From contig JAQUQW010000001.1 in the NCBI GenBank assembly GCA_028716245.1, positions 232,793 through 296,792 on the forward strand: a stretch of 64,000 nucleotides of DNA. Direction: 5' to 3'. Both the position numbers and the translations under genes were made by a program. The notes under the pieces were generated by a model, which did no database searches, had not been told where the DNA came from, and saw only the letters and a program-made list of their open reading frames with translations. This stretch comes from Candidatus Omnitrophota bacterium. Lineage in GTDB: Bacteria > Omnitrophota > Gorgyraeia > Gygaellales > Profunditerraquicolaceae. This document shows, in pieces, positions 1-11,395 of this stretch. Each line of letters opens with the position of its first letter. Position 1 is the stretch's first letter.

Positions 1-596
1 AGCGCCAGGTTATCCACTTTACTCCTGATGTCGGTAAGCCCAAAGTCTTATCGGCGCAAGAGAAAATTACCCTTATTAATCCCGAGGTGAAAGTCGTTAC
101 CTATCAGAGCAGGGTATATTCAGGTAATATCGCCGGAATTATCAAGGATTATGATTTTATTATCGATGGGACGGATAATTTTGCCGCTAAATTCCTGATT
201 AACGATGCCTGTGTCTTCGGCGCTAAAGCGTTTTCCCACGGCGGAATTTTACGCTTTGACGGGCAAGCAATGACCTATCTTCCGGGCCAGGCATGTTACC
301 GGTGTATATTCACCGGCCCTCCTCCGAAAGGCGCGGTGCCCACTTGTTCGCAAGCCGGTATCTTAGGGGCGGTTGCCGGTATGCTGGGTACGATCCAGGC
401 AGCTGAGGCCTTGAAATTTCTTATTGGGAAAGGAGAGCTTCTTCTGAACCGGCTGTTAATCTTTAATGCTTTGGATATGAAGTTCCGCCAGGCGGAATTT
501 AAAAAAAATCCGGATTGTCCTGTCTGCGGCAATAATCCAACAATTAAAGAATTGATTGATGAAGAACTGCCGGCTTGTGATTTAAAAAAGAAATGA
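1..596 (+). CDS. ThiF/MoeB/MoeZ-family E1-like adenylyltransferase (HcyF/MoeZ-like). The 5' end is cut by the window edge.
   Basis: The reading frame is open from nt 3 with no stop. The translation ...DVGKPKVLSAQEKITLINPEVKV... matches the ThiF/MoeB fold. The C-terminal CxxC...CPVC zinc motifs are present. Confidence 0.8.
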   Translation, partial: RQVIHFTPDVGKPKVLSAQEKITLINPEVKVVTYQSRVYSGNIAGIIKDYDFIIDGTDNFAAKFLINDACVFGAKAFSHGGILRFDGQAMTYLPGQACYRCIFTGPPPKGAVPTCSQAGILGAVAGMLGTIQAAEALKFLIGKGELLLNRLLIFNALDMKFRQAEFKKNPDCPVCGNNPTIKELIDEELPACDLKKK

Positions 597-991
597 AAAT
601 AACCAAGAAAGTAATTAAAGAAATGGTGGAATATGCTAAGAAAGAGGCGCCGCTTGAGGCCTGTGGGTATCTTGGCGCCAAAGACGGCATCATTACAAAA
701 ATATATGCGTTGACCAATATTGATAAAAGCAATGAGCATTTTTCTTTTGAGCCAAAAGAGCAATTCCTGGCAGTTAAAGATGCCCGTGTTCAAGGATTGG
801 AGATTTGCGCTGTCTACCATAGCCATCCAGCCAGCCCGGCCCTCCCGTCACAGGAGGATGTAAAATTGGCGTATGATCCGGATATGAGTTATTTTATTAT
901 TTCCCTGGCAGGCTGCAATGGACAGGTGCGGGCATTTTCAATAAAGAGCGGTGAAGTGAGTGAAATTAATCTGGAGGTTGTTGATGATTAA
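593..991 (+). CDS. JAMM/MPN+ (Mov34) metalloprotease, Mec+/HcyD/QbsD-like
   Basis: JAMM motif E...HSHPASPALPSQED (HxHx7Sx2D), 132 aa. Its 5' end overlaps the ThiF-like gene and its 3' end (989-991) overlaps the start of the next gene, consistent with translational coupling. Confidence 0.8.
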   Translation: MKITKKVIKEMVEYAKKEAPLEACGYLGAKDGIITKIYALTNIDKSNEHFSFEPKEQFLAVKDARVQGLEICAVYHSHPASPALPSQEDVKLAYDPDMSYFIISLAGCNGQVRAFSIKSGEVSEINLEVVDD

Positions 992-3362
992 AGGGTATGA
1001 TTTACCTGTTGGCTTGGATGCGGAGATCACCCAGCTTGAAGAGTTGATCCGCAAGCATAGGGCAGGTGAGGTTTCGGCAACCGAACTTAAGGCTCATCGC
1101 GTGCCTTTTGGGGTATATGAACAGCGTCAAGCCGATACCTACATGGTGAGGATCAGGTGCGCCGGAGGTTTTGTTACTCCTCAGCAGCTGGAAAGTGTCT
1201 CTGCCATCGCTCAGGAATACGGAGTAAGCGACCTGCATATTACCTCCCGGCAGGAGCTGCAAATTCATTACGTGGAATTGGATGATATTATTACTGTGAT
1301 GCGGCGCTTGAAAGAGATTGGCCTTTCTACAAGGGGAGGCGGCGGCAATACTGTGCGCAATATTGCCGTTTGCGATGATGCCGGGATTGACCCGCAGGAA
1401 GCCTTCGATGTGTCTTTGTATGCCGCAGCCCTAACCACAAGGATGATTGCCGAGGGGGATTCCTGGAATTTACCGAGAAAATTTAAAATTGCTTTTTCCG
1501 GCTCCGCAGAAGATAAGGGATATGCCACTCTTTCTGACCTGGGTTTTATTGCGCAAATAAAAAATAAGTTGGAGAACAATGGTTTGGTTTCCAATAGCCA
1601 AAGCCGCGGGATAAAAGGATTTAGGGTTTATGCGGCCGGAGGCCTGGGCGCTAAATCAGCCGAAGGAAAACTTCTGTTTGATTTTATCCAGGCAAATGAA
1701 GTTTATCCTGTTGCCGAGGCGTTGAAAAGTGTTTTTTTTAAATACGGTAACCGCAGGAATAAGCATGCTGCCCGCCTGCGCTTCTTATGGCAGAACCTCG
1801 GTGCAGAGGAGTTTAAGCAAAAATTTTACCAAGAGTATGACCGGATTAAGGTTGATGGTTTTGAGCCGTTAGATATCATTGATTATGGGCAGAGTTTATC
1901 TTCTCCCGGTTTGCCCAAAGCTAAGCCTTTAGATGCGCGGGGGTTTTCGTTATGGAAAACGCGTTTTGTAAGGCAGCAAAAACAGGAAGGGTTATTTTCG
2001 GTATTAATTCCTATAGAGCTGGGTTTTATTCCTTGCGCGCAGGCCGCTAAATTGGGCCGGTTCCTGAAATCCTTTGGTGCTGATGTAATAAGGATGACCC
2101 GGGATCAGAATTTTCTGATACGCAATATTCCTTTGGATTATTTGGGCGCTGCCTATAATTTTTTTAAAGAGACAATACCTGAATCAAGCCAGCCTGCTCT
2201 TTACGGCAAAATATTATCTTGCGCCGGAGCGGCTACCTGCCAGCTTGGGATTTGCCTTTCCCGTCAGGCAGCAGGCGCCCTGATCGATGAGCTTAAAAAA
2301 AGCGGTTTGGATTTGGATAAAATAGGAGACATTAAAATTAATATCTCCGGATGTCCTAATTCCTGTGGCCACCATCCGGCGGCTGATTTGGGTTTTTCCG
2401 GTAAGGCATTGAGGAATGCCGACAGGTTATATCCGGCATATAATGTGTTTGCCGGAGCTGTTATTGGTGATGGTAAAACTAAACTCGCAGAATATACCGG
2501 AGAGATTCCTGCTAAGGCGCTGGTTCTGTTGGTAAAGGATCTTCTAAAGGCTTATATATCCAAAACCGGACAGTTTAGTAATTTTCGGGAGTATATTAAT
2601 GGTGAAGGAAAAGTGGATTTAAGAGAAATTATTCTACGTTATTCTAAGGCGCCTGATTTTGATAAAGATAAAAATTATTATTTTGACTGGGGAGCGGATA
2701 AACTTTTTTCTTTAGCCGAGCGTAAGGCAGGGGAATGTTCCGCCGGATTTTTCGATCTTCTTGAAATGGATCTAAATAATATAAAAAATACTCAGGCGGT
2801 ACTTGCAACAGGCGCGCAGGATGAAAGGGAGAAGCTGCTCGGTGAGCTGGTATATTATGCCAGCAGGGCGCTTTTGATTACCCGCGGGCTTGACGCAAAA
2901 AACCAGGAGGAGGTATATGCGGGATTTCTTAAATATTTCATCGAAACAGGATTGATTGATGGGGCGTTCAGGGAGATCATTACTATTGCTCAGCATGGTG
3001 ATCTTAAAGAGATTTTAGCAAAGCAAGCTCAGGCATTTGAACTGGCTAAGGCAGTGCAGGCGCTGTATGAAACTATGGATAATAGTTTTAATTTTAAAAC
3101 AACCGTTTCTGCGCAAGAATCCCGTCAGGAACAAATATCCGCAGCAATAATCAAAGATCTGCGGGGAGTTGTCTGCCCGCTTAATTTTGTAAAAACCAAG
3201 ATTGAGCTGGCTAAGCTAAAATCCGGAGATACCTTGGAAATTTGGCTTGATGACGGCGCTCCAATTGAAAATGTCCCCGGGTCAGTCAAAGCCGAAGGCC
3301 ATAAGATTATTTCGCAGAAAAGAATCGCCAATTACTGGTCAGTGGTAATCAATAAAAAATGA
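984..3362 (+). CDS. Assimilatory (ferredoxin-type) sulfite/nitrite reductase hemoprotein with a C-terminal TusA-like domain
   Basis: Two nitrite/sulfite-reductase half-domains are present. The siroheme-[4Fe4S] cysteine cluster CAGAATC...CPNSC is present. The last ~75 aa carry the TusA CPxP motif (VVCPLNFVKTK). The ATG at 984 overlaps the JAMM stop (ATGATTAA) and has a GGAGG RBS at 974; the ORF track offers an alternative start at 960. Confidence 0.8.
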   Translation: MIKGYDLPVGLDAEITQLEELIRKHRAGEVSATELKAHRVPFGVYEQRQADTYMVRIRCAGGFVTPQQLESVSAIAQEYGVSDLHITSRQELQIHYVELDDIITVMRRLKEIGLSTRGGGGNTVRNIAVCDDAGIDPQEAFDVSLYAAALTTRMIAEGDSWNLPRKFKIAFSGSAEDKGYATLSDLGFIAQIKNKLENNGLVSNSQSRGIKGFRVYAAGGLGAKSAEGKLLFDFIQANEVYPVAEALKSVFFKYGNRRNKHAARLRFLWQNLGAEEFKQKFYQEYDRIKVDGFEPLDIIDYGQSLSSPGLPKAKPLDARGFSLWKTRFVRQQKQEGLFSVLIPIELGFIPCAQAAKLGRFLKSFGADVIRMTRDQNFLIRNIPLDYLGAAYNFFKETIPESSQPALYGKILSCAGAATCQLGICLSRQAAGALIDELKKSGLDLDKIGDIKINISGCPNSCGHHPAADLGFSGKALRNADRLYPAYNVFAGAVIGDGKTKLAEYTGEIPAKALVLLVKDLLKAYISKTGQFSNFREYINGEGKVDLREIILRYSKAPDFDKDKNYYFDWGADKLFSLAERKAGECSAGFFDLLEMDLNNIKNTQAVLATGAQDEREKLLGELVYYASRALLITRGLDAKNQEEVYAGFLKYFIETGLIDGAFREIITIAQHGDLKEILAKQAQAFELAKAVQALYETMDNSFNFKTTVSAQESRQEQISAAIIKDLRGVVCPLNFVKTKIELAKLKSGDTLEIWLDDGAPIENVPGSVKAEGHKIISQKRIANYWSVVINKK

Positions 3363-4762
3363 AAACGGGAAAAGGTAAGGTATATTTAGTTGGCGCCGGC
3401 CCCGGAGCTAAGGATTTGATTAGCTTAAGAGGCCAGCAGGTGCTGCAGCAAGCAGAAGTTGTAATCTACGACTATCTTGTGGATAGCCAAATGCTTGAGG
3501 ATGTAAATCCGCAGGCAAGATTGATCAGCTGCGATAAATTTGGTAAGAGGCTGCCGCAAGAAGAATTTTTTGATTCTCAGGCTAAAGTCAACTCCGCGAT
3601 GGTAAAATTTGCAAAAAAAGGCAAATTAGTGGTGCGTTTAAAAAACGGGGATCCTTTTATCTTTGGCCGGGCTCAGGAGGAAATAGAAGCGCTTTTAAAA
3701 AATCGTATAGAGTTTGAAGTTGTTCCGGGAATTACCGCCTCCCAGGCAGCATCTTGTTTTTCCGGTATACCTTTGACCAGCCGTAAAATTTCATCCAGCG
3801 TCATATTTATCAGCGGCCGGCAGGCAAAAGGAGAAAAACCGGCTATTGATTGGAGCTCTATTTCTAAAAATGAAACTATCGTGTTGTATATGGCGGTAAA
3901 AAATATCCGCCAAATAGCCAAACAATTGATTAAAAATGGTAAACCTGCGGATACCCCGGTGGCTGCGATTTCCCAGGCAGGAAAGATTAACCAAAAAGTT
4001 GCCATCGCTAAACTTGAGAATATCGATAGGATAGTTAAGAAAAATAAAATTACTGCCCCTGCTATTTTTATCATTGGTCAGGTTGTGCGTTTGGGTGAAA
4101 AGTTGAATTGGTTTAAAAAAAATAAGCGTGTTTTGTTTACAGGGCTTTCGGCAAAAAGGTTTTTTTTAAAAGGAAATTATTTCCATCTGCCGATGATCAA
4201 GATCGAACCCCTTGACAATTATGCGGATTTTGACAGGCATATTAAGCTAATCCGAAGTTTTAACTGGTTAGTTTTTACGAGCCGTTATGCTGTGCAGTAT
4301 TTTTTCCAGCGCCTGGGTAAAATTGGCCTGGATACGCGTTCACTGCAGAATATAAAAATTGCGGCAATCGGCTCTTCCACAGCCGCAAGCCTTAGGAACC
4401 TGGGGATTATTGCGGATTTAATTCCTAAAGTTGAAACATCAAAAGGCCTGCTCAGTGCCTTAAAGAGGATCTCCTTAAAAGGCAGAAGGATTTTTTTGCC
4501 TCATTCTGATATTTCGGACAAAGGGTTGACAAAAGGGCTGGAGAGTTTTGGTGCTAAGGTTACCGGCTGTGCTGCCTATAGAAATATTATGCCCGAAAAT
4601 CTTCCTAGTTTCGATCTGAATAAGTTTGATGAAATAATTTTTACCAGCCCATCGTGTGTCCGTAATTTTATTAAGCATTATGGGAAACCGCCAAAAAAAA
4701 CGGCTATAAGGTGCGTCGGGGATGTTACTCTGGCCCAAGCTAAAAAGTTACGTTTATTATAA
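3359..4762 (+). CDS. cobA-hemD: Uroporphyrinogen-III C-methyltransferase fused to uroporphyrinogen-III synthase (CobA/HemD)
   Basis: SUMT N-terminus VYLVGAGPGAKDLISLRG...VVIYD followed by a HemD-like C-terminal half, 467 aa. Confidence 0.85.
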   Translation: MKTGKGKVYLVGAGPGAKDLISLRGQQVLQQAEVVIYDYLVDSQMLEDVNPQARLISCDKFGKRLPQEEFFDSQAKVNSAMVKFAKKGKLVVRLKNGDPFIFGRAQEEIEALLKNRIEFEVVPGITASQAASCFSGIPLTSRKISSSVIFISGRQAKGEKPAIDWSSISKNETIVLYMAVKNIRQIAKQLIKNGKPADTPVAAISQAGKINQKVAIAKLENIDRIVKKNKITAPAIFIIGQVVRLGEKLNWFKKNKRVLFTGLSAKRFFLKGNYFHLPMIKIEPLDNYADFDRHIKLIRSFNWLVFTSRYAVQYFFQRLGKIGLDTRSLQNIKIAAIGSSTAASLRNLGIIADLIPKVETSKGLLSALKRISLKGRRIFLPHSDISDKGLTKGLESFGAKVTGCAAYRNIMPENLPSFDLNKFDEIIFTSPSCVRNFIKHYGKPPKKTAIRCVGDVTLAQAKKLRLL

Positions 4763-4764
4763 AA

Positions 4765-5697
4765 ATGCAAAACATATCTGCTAAAGACCTGATTATGCCC
4801 TATTTTGTTATTGAGGGGCGCAACAAGAAAGAACCTGTTGCGAATATGCCTGGTATTTTTAGATTGACTATTGATAATCTCTTGGAGGAAATATCAGAGG
4901 CAAAACGGCTGGGTATATCTAGAGTGCTTCTTTTCGGAGCCTGCCCCCGGCAATATAAGAATGAGTCGGCAAGTTATGCCTACGCCAAAAATAATATTGT
5001 ACCCCGGGCAGTAGCAGGATTAAAGCGTAAAATTAAAGGCGTGTCTGTTATTACCGACGTATGCCTCTGCGCTTATACTTCGCACGGCCACTGCGGCATC
5101 CTTAATAAAAAAAATAAAATAGATAACCGAAAAACTCTGGAGGCACTTTCTAAAATTGCCTTTGTGCATGCTGATAGCGGAGCAGATTGGGTTGCCCCTT
5201 CGGCAATGGCAAAAAAACAAGTATCCGCAATAAGAAGCGCGTTGGATAAAAACGGATTTTCTAAGGTAAAAATTATGGGCTATTCTGCTAAATTCGCGTC
5301 GAATTTTTACGGCCCATTCCGCGATGCAGTAGATTCCGCCCCTAAATTCGGAAACAGGAAGGCTTATCAATTGGATTATACTGATGCAAAAAAGGCGCTA
5401 AGGGAGATAAGGGATGATATCCGGGAAGGCGCGGATATGGTAATGGTCAAACCGGCTTTAAGTTACCTGGATATCATTAAAGAAGCAAAACAGAAATTTA
5501 ATTATCCGTTAGCTGTTTATAATGTTAGCGGAGAGTTTGCGTTGGTAAAAATGGGGGCTAATATCGGTCTTTGGCAGGAGAAGGAGGTTGTTTTTGAGAT
5601 CATTACTTCCCTAAAACGCGCCGGCGCCGATTATATTATTACCTATCACGCAAAAGATATTGCGCAATGGATAAAACAGAAAAATTATTTAATCTAG
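4765..5697 (+). CDS. hemB: Porphobilinogen synthase (delta-aminolevulinate dehydratase)
   Basis: ALAD family. The active-site region MVMVKPALSYLDI is present, 310 aa. Confidence 0.9.
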   Translation: MQNISAKDLIMPYFVIEGRNKKEPVANMPGIFRLTIDNLLEEISEAKRLGISRVLLFGACPRQYKNESASYAYAKNNIVPRAVAGLKRKIKGVSVITDVCLCAYTSHGHCGILNKKNKIDNRKTLEALSKIAFVHADSGADWVAPSAMAKKQVSAIRSALDKNGFSKVKIMGYSAKFASNFYGPFRDAVDSAPKFGNRKAYQLDYTDAKKALREIRDDIREGADMVMVKPALSYLDIIKEAKQKFNYPLAVYNVSGEFALVKMGANIGLWQEKEVVFEIITSLKRAGADYIITYHAKDIAQWIKQKNYLI

Positions 5698-6908
5698 CCA
5701 AGCGATACTTAGTCGGCGGAGTAGACAGCCCGGTGCGCAGCTTTAACTATGTAGGCGGCCGTCCGGTATTGATCAGGGCTGGAAGGGGCGTTAAGGTATT
5801 TGATTATAATAATAAAGAATACCTTGATTATGTTCTTTCCTGGGGAGCGGCAATCTTAGGGCATGCTCATCCGGCCGTGCTCAAAATTATTAAACAAAAA
5901 TTAGAATCAGGTTTAAGTTTTGGCACAACTAATCAAACTGAAATTGAGTTAGCGCAGGAAATCACCCGCGCAATCCCCTTTATTAAGAAAATACGCTTTG
6001 TTAATTCCGGGACTGAAGCGGTGATGGCAGCAGTAAGGCTGGGCCGGGCGTATACAGGAAGAGATAAAATCGTAAAATTCACGAATTCTTACCATGGCCA
6101 CGCGGATTATCTTTTGGTTAAGGCCGGTTCCGGGTTAGCAACTCTGCAGATCCCGGAAAGCGCCGGCGTGCCGAAAGATTTTATTAAACACACACTGATA
6201 GTTCCTTTTGGCGACAAAGAAGCGCTTGAAGCGGTATTTAAAAAATATAAAAATGAAATTGCCGCGGTTTTGGTTGAACCGGTAGGCGGTAATTACGGTG
6301 TTTTGCCGGTGAATATTGGATTTCTGAAGGCAGTAAGGAGTTTGACTAAGAAATATGGATCCCTGCTGATCTGCGATGAAATAATTAACGCATTTCGTTT
6401 TCGATACGGGGCAGCTTCTCAAAGGTTCGGGATTGCTCCGGATTTAATCTGTTTAGGGAAAATTATCGGGGGTGGCTTGCCTATTGGTGCTTATGCGGGA
6501 AGCGCAAAGATCATGAATAAATTAGCTCCATTAGGAAAGGTTTATCAGGCTTCTACTTTTTCCGGTAATCCTATTGTTATGCAGGCAGGTTTGGCTACGC
6601 TCAAAATACTCAAAGGATCAAACTATAAGCGCCTTAAGAATTTGAATGAATATTTGTGTAGTAATCTAAAAAAAGAGGCGTTGATTTGCGGTATAAAATT
6701 AGAAATAAGCCATTATGAAAGTATGTTTAGCTTACGATTTAAATCTAAAAATGAGTTTGCCAGATTTTATAAATTAATGCTTGATCAAGGAATATTTTTG
6801 GCCCCCTCGGAATTTGAAGTAAACTTTTTATCCTTTGCGCATACGCAAAAAGAAATAAATAAAACTTTATTTGCTGTAAAATTGGTTTTTAAAAGAATGG
6901 AGAATTAA
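5667..6908 (+). CDS. hemL: Glutamate-1-semialdehyde 2,1-aminomutase
   Basis: N-terminus LVGGVDSPVRSF. Class-III PLP aminotransferase fold, 413 aa. Confidence 0.9.
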   Translation: MDKTEKLFNLAKRYLVGGVDSPVRSFNYVGGRPVLIRAGRGVKVFDYNNKEYLDYVLSWGAAILGHAHPAVLKIIKQKLESGLSFGTTNQTEIELAQEITRAIPFIKKIRFVNSGTEAVMAAVRLGRAYTGRDKIVKFTNSYHGHADYLLVKAGSGLATLQIPESAGVPKDFIKHTLIVPFGDKEALEAVFKKYKNEIAAVLVEPVGGNYGVLPVNIGFLKAVRSLTKKYGSLLICDEIINAFRFRYGAASQRFGIAPDLICLGKIIGGGLPIGAYAGSAKIMNKLAPLGKVYQASTFSGNPIVMQAGLATLKILKGSNYKRLKNLNEYLCSNLKKEALICGIKLEISHYESMFSLRFKSKNEFARFYKLMLDQGIFLAPSEFEVNFLSFAHTQKEINKTLFAVKLVFKRMEN

Positions 6909-7003
6909 TTTGTTTTTTCTGATAAGTTTGAAAATCAGTGTTAATAAAACGCTTTTAAACAAGAATAGTAGTAGTATAATATAAATCATTCAAGAAGAAA
7001 TAA

Positions 7004-8311
<1,308 letters not shown>

Positions 8312-8317
8312 AATATA

Positions 8318-8358
8318 ACACCCCGCGCTTATAAGGAATTGCGCGGGTGTGCCTTTAT
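8318..8358 (+). terminator. Stem-loop between metY and cysK. The stem is ACACCCCGCGC/GCGCGGGTGT. It may be an attenuator or a weak terminator.
   Basis: A near-perfect 10-bp GC-rich inverted repeat with a 12-nt loop, followed by CCUUUAUGG, which is only a weak U-tract. Confidence 0.35.
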
Positions 8359-8374
8359 GGCAAGGAGGTGTCTG

Positions 8375-9310
8375 ATGGGAAAAATATTTTCTGATATTAC
8401 TCAAACAGTTGGGAAAACCCCGTTAGTCAAGCTCAATCGTATCGGAGAAGGTTTGGGGGCAACCATACTGGCTAAATTAGAATCTTTTAACCCGCTCTCC
8501 AGTGTAAAAGACAGGATTGGAACGGCGATGATCGAAGACGCGGAGAAAAGAGGCGTGCTTAAAAAAAATACCACGATTATTGAGCCCACCAGCGGTAATA
8601 CCGGGATTGCCTTGGCATTTGTCGCCGCTGCTAAAGGTTATAAATTAATCCTGACTATGCCTGATACGATGAGCATAGAGAGAAGGCAGCTTTTGGCGAT
8701 TTTTGGCGCGCAGTTAGTTCTGACTCCGGGCGCCGAAGGGATGAAGGGGGCGGTAAAAAAAGCCGAGGAGTTAGCTAAAGAGATTCCGGATGCGATTATT
8801 TTGCAACAGTTTAATAATCCGGCTAATCCGCAGATTCACCGTAAAACTACTGCCGAAGAGATTTGGGATGATACTGACGGTAAAATTGATATTCTTGTAT
8901 CCGGAGTCGGCACCGGCGGGACAATTACTGGAGTATCTGAAGTGATCAAGAAAAGAAAACCAAGCTTTAAGGCGATTGCGGTTGAACCCGATGCTTCGCC
9001 GGTTTTATCCGGAGGCGCTGCCGGCCCGCATAAGATCCAGGGTATTGGCGCCGGATTTATCCCGCAGGTTTTAAACCGGGAAATTATTGATGAGGTTATC
9101 CGGGTTACTAACGATAATTCCGGAGAAACCGCTCGGCGCCTGGCAAAGTCGGAAGGGATATTAGCCGGGATTTCAAGCGGGGCGGCATTGTGGGCGGCGT
9201 TAGAAGTGGCTAAACGTAAGGAAAATAAAGGGAAGGTCATCGTGGTTATTCTTCCGGATACCGGCGAGCGGTATCTGAGCACCTGGCTTTTTCAAGAGGT
9301 AAAAGTATGA
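8375..9310 (+). CDS. cysK: Cysteine synthase (O-acetylserine or O-phosphoserine sulfhydrylase; CysK/CysM family)
   Basis: PLP fold type II. The N-terminus is [11 protein letters not shown]. The lysine site SVKDR and the glycine loop GTGGT are present. A strong RBS AAGGAGGTG lies 5 nt upstream of the ATG at 8375; the ORF track's 8339 start is unlikely. Confidence 0.9.
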   Translation: MGKIFSDITQTVGKTPLVKLNRIGEGLGATILAKLESFNPLSSVKDRIGTAMIEDAEKRGVLKKNTTIIEPTSGNTGIALAFVAAAKGYKLILTMPDTMSIERRQLLAIFGAQLVLTPGAEGMKGAVKKAEELAKEIPDAIILQQFNNPANPQIHRKTTAEEIWDDTDGKIDILVSGVGTGGTITGVSEVIKKRKPSFKAIAVEPDASPVLSGGAAGPHKIQGIGAGFIPQVLNREIIDEVIRVTNDNSGETARRLAKSEGILAGISSGAALWAALEVAKRKENKGKVIVVILPDTGERYLSTWLFQEVKV

Positions 9311-10464
9311 TTAAAGAAAAAATAAACCCGGCCAATAGTGTGGGAGTGGTTAAAACTCAAAGTTTTACTTTTGAATCTTTAAAACTTGAGAGCGGGGAGA
9401 AGTTTGGCCCGGTTACTTTGGCTTATGAAACATATGGCGTTTTAAATAAAGAGAAATCCAATGCTATTCTTATTGTGCATGCCCTTTCAGGCGATGCCCA
9501 TGCTGCCGGTCTGCATGAGGGAACTGATGATTTAGGCTGGTGGGATTCTTTTATCGGCCCGGGTAAAGCTTTTGATACGGAAAAATACTTTGTGGTTTGT
9601 TCAAATATACTCGGCGGCTGTAAGGGGTCAACCGGCCCTTCAAGCGTAAATCCTAAAACCAATAAGCCGTACGCTTTGGATTTTCCGTTAATTAGCATTA
9701 ACGATATAGTAAATGCCCAGAGGCGTTTAATTGGCCATTTAGGCATCGAAAAGTTACTTTCTGTGGTCGGCGGCTCAATGGGCGGACAGCAGGTTTTATC
9801 GTGGTTAGCTAACCATGCGGATATAATTCATAGCGCAATTCCGATTGCCACCACGATCAAACATTCTCCTCAACAAATAGCATTTAATGAGGTAGGCCGC
9901 CAAGCGATTATGGCCGACGCCCATTGGAAATCCGGCAATTATTATGACGGCCCGTTTCCTTTAAAAGGATTGGCCGTAGCCAGGATGATCGGCCATATAA
10001 CCTATATGAGCGACAGCTCGATGGCTGAGAAATTCGGCCGCCAAAAAAAAGACAGCGCCGAAGCGTTTAAATTTACGGCTGATTTTGAAGTCGAGGGGTA
10101 TTTACGTTATCGCGGCGATAATTTTGTCAAGCGCTTTGACGCAAATTCCTATCTTTATATAACCAAGGCAATGGATAATTTTGACGCCTCAGGCGCCAGG
10201 CCATTTTGTGAAGTTTTAGCCGGCATCAAGGCCAAGGTTTTGGTCATATCTTTCAAATCCGATTGGCTGTATCCGGCTTATCAATCAAAGGAGATAGTTA
10301 AGGCCTGCAAGCTTGCCGGCATTGCGACAACCTATTGTGAGATTGATTCAAATTATGGCCACGACGCGTTTCTTTTGGAAGTGGAAGAGGAGACGCATTT
10401 GATCAAACATTTCCTTAAAAAAATATTTTATGCTTATGAGGTGACCGGTGTCTACGGAGAGTAA
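9307..10464 (+). CDS. metX: Homoserine O-acetyltransferase
   Basis: Alpha/beta-hydrolase MetX family. The region [15 protein letters not shown] and the catalytic GGSMGG are present. Confidence 0.9.
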   Translation: MIKEKINPANSVGVVKTQSFTFESLKLESGEKFGPVTLAYETYGVLNKEKSNAILIVHALSGDAHAAGLHEGTDDLGWWDSFIGPGKAFDTEKYFVVCSNILGGCKGSTGPSSVNPKTNKPYALDFPLISINDIVNAQRRLIGHLGIEKLLSVVGGSMGGQQVLSWLANHADIIHSAIPIATTIKHSPQQIAFNEVGRQAIMADAHWKSGNYYDGPFPLKGLAVARMIGHITYMSDSSMAEKFGRQKKDSAEAFKFTADFEVEGYLRYRGDNFVKRFDANSYLYITKAMDNFDASGARPFCEVLAGIKAKVLVISFKSDWLYPAYQSKEIVKACKLAGIATTYCEIDSNYGHDAFLLEVEEETHLIKHFLKKIFYAYEVTGVYGE

Positions 10465-11047
10465 AGGGATTCAATTGGACCACCAAGTCATACTGGACTT
10501 AGTTGATCAGCAATCCAGCGTTTTAGACTTAGGCTGCGGCGCGGGGGATCTTTTGTATCTTCTGATTAAAGAGAAAAAAGTGAGCGGCCAGGGTATTGAG
10601 ATCGATGACCAGGCAATTTATAAATGCGTCGCTAAGGGCTTAAATGTTTTTCACGGAGATATCGACAGCGGACTTGCCGAATTCAGCGATAAATCTTTTG
10701 ACTATGTGGTGCTTAATCAAAGCATGCAGCAGATTTTGCATGTTGATAAGGTGCTCACCGATGCCTTACGGGTGGGTAAAAAGGTAATCGTAGGATTTCC
10801 CAATTTTGCCTATTATAAGTCCAGGCTGCAGATGTTCTTTCAGGGCAGGTCTCCGGTAACCCCCAGCCTTCCTTATCAATGGTATGAAACTCCGAACCTG
10901 CATTTTTTGAGCATAACTGATTTTAAGGATTATTGCCGTTTGAAAAAGATCAATATTGAGCGCAGTGTTTGTGTCGGGGAAAGAAGGGAAACTCCGTTTT
11001 TACCCAATTTATTTGGCCAGACCGGAATATTTTTGATCTCAAAATAG
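10448..11047 (+). CDS. metW: Methionine biosynthesis protein MetW
   Basis: 199 aa methyltransferase-like protein with VLDLGCGAG. It overlaps the metX 3' end, which is the canonical metXW arrangement. Confidence 0.8.
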   Translation: MSTESKGIQLDHQVILDLVDQQSSVLDLGCGAGDLLYLLIKEKKVSGQGIEIDDQAIYKCVAKGLNVFHGDIDSGLAEFSDKSFDYVVLNQSMQQILHVDKVLTDALRVGKKVIVGFPNFAYYKSRLQMFFQGRSPVTPSLPYQWYETPNLHFLSITDFKDYCRLKKINIERSVCVGERRETPFLPNLFGQTGIFLISK

Positions 11048-11066
11048 GAGAAAGGGGAAAAGATAA

Positions 11067-11246
11067 ATGCCTTATATAAATTTAAAATTAGTCGGTAAAC
11101 TCACTAAGGACCAAAAAGAAAAGATCGCTAAAGAGTTTTCCGATACGCTTTTGAAAGTAGCCGGGAAACCCAAAGAGAGCCTTTATTTGGTTATTGATGA
11201 GGTTAATGGTGAAAACTGGGCCAAAGGCGATAAGTTTTTTGGGTAA
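11067..11246 (+). CDS. 4-oxalocrotonate tautomerase family protein
   Basis: 59-aa ORF MPYINLKLVGKLTKDQKEKIAKEFSDTLLKV...LYLVIDEV. The Pro at residue 2 (Pro1 after Met removal) and the beta-alpha-beta fold signature are present. It is below the length cutoff of the supplied ORF track. Confidence 0.65.
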   Translation: MPYINLKLVGKLTKDQKEKIAKEFSDTLLKVAGKPKESLYLVIDEVNGENWAKGDKFFG

Positions 11247-11254
11247 AATAGTCT

Positions 11255-11345
11255 GACGGGGAAGCCGCTATAGCGGTTTGAGAGTTCTGCGTTATAAGCA
11301 GATTACCCTTGTACCTGATCTGGATAATGCCAGCGTAGGAAAGAA
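11255..11345 (+). promoter_or_regulatory. TPP (thiamine pyrophosphate) riboswitch aptamer, THI element
   Basis: GGGGAAGCC...UUGAGAG ... ACCCUUGUACCUGAUCUGGAUAAUGCCAGCGUAGGAAAG is a near-consensus THI-box. It sits upstream of thiSGH. Confidence 0.85.
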
Positions 11346-11347
11346 TC

Positions 11348-11385
11348 AAAACCCTTATGCATTGGCATAAGGGTTTTGATTTTAC
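11348..11385 (+). terminator. Riboswitch expression platform. It is an intrinsic terminator hairpin, AAAACCCUUAUGC-AUUGG-CAUAAGGGUUUU followed by GAUUUU.
   Basis: A perfect 13-bp stem plus a U-tract lies immediately 3' of the TPP aptamer and 11 nt before the thiS ATG. Confidence 0.75.
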
Positions 11386-11395
11386 AAAATAAATT

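Noticed and set aside
296-826. Long minus-strand ORFs from the six-frame track inside coding genes (e.g. 296-826, 8836-9282, 26066-26503, 28198-28704, 50736-51152, 56419-56895).
   Set aside because: They lie antisense within genes that have strong homology. They have low-complexity or Pro/Ser/Arg-rich translations and no RBS. They are taken as frame shadows.
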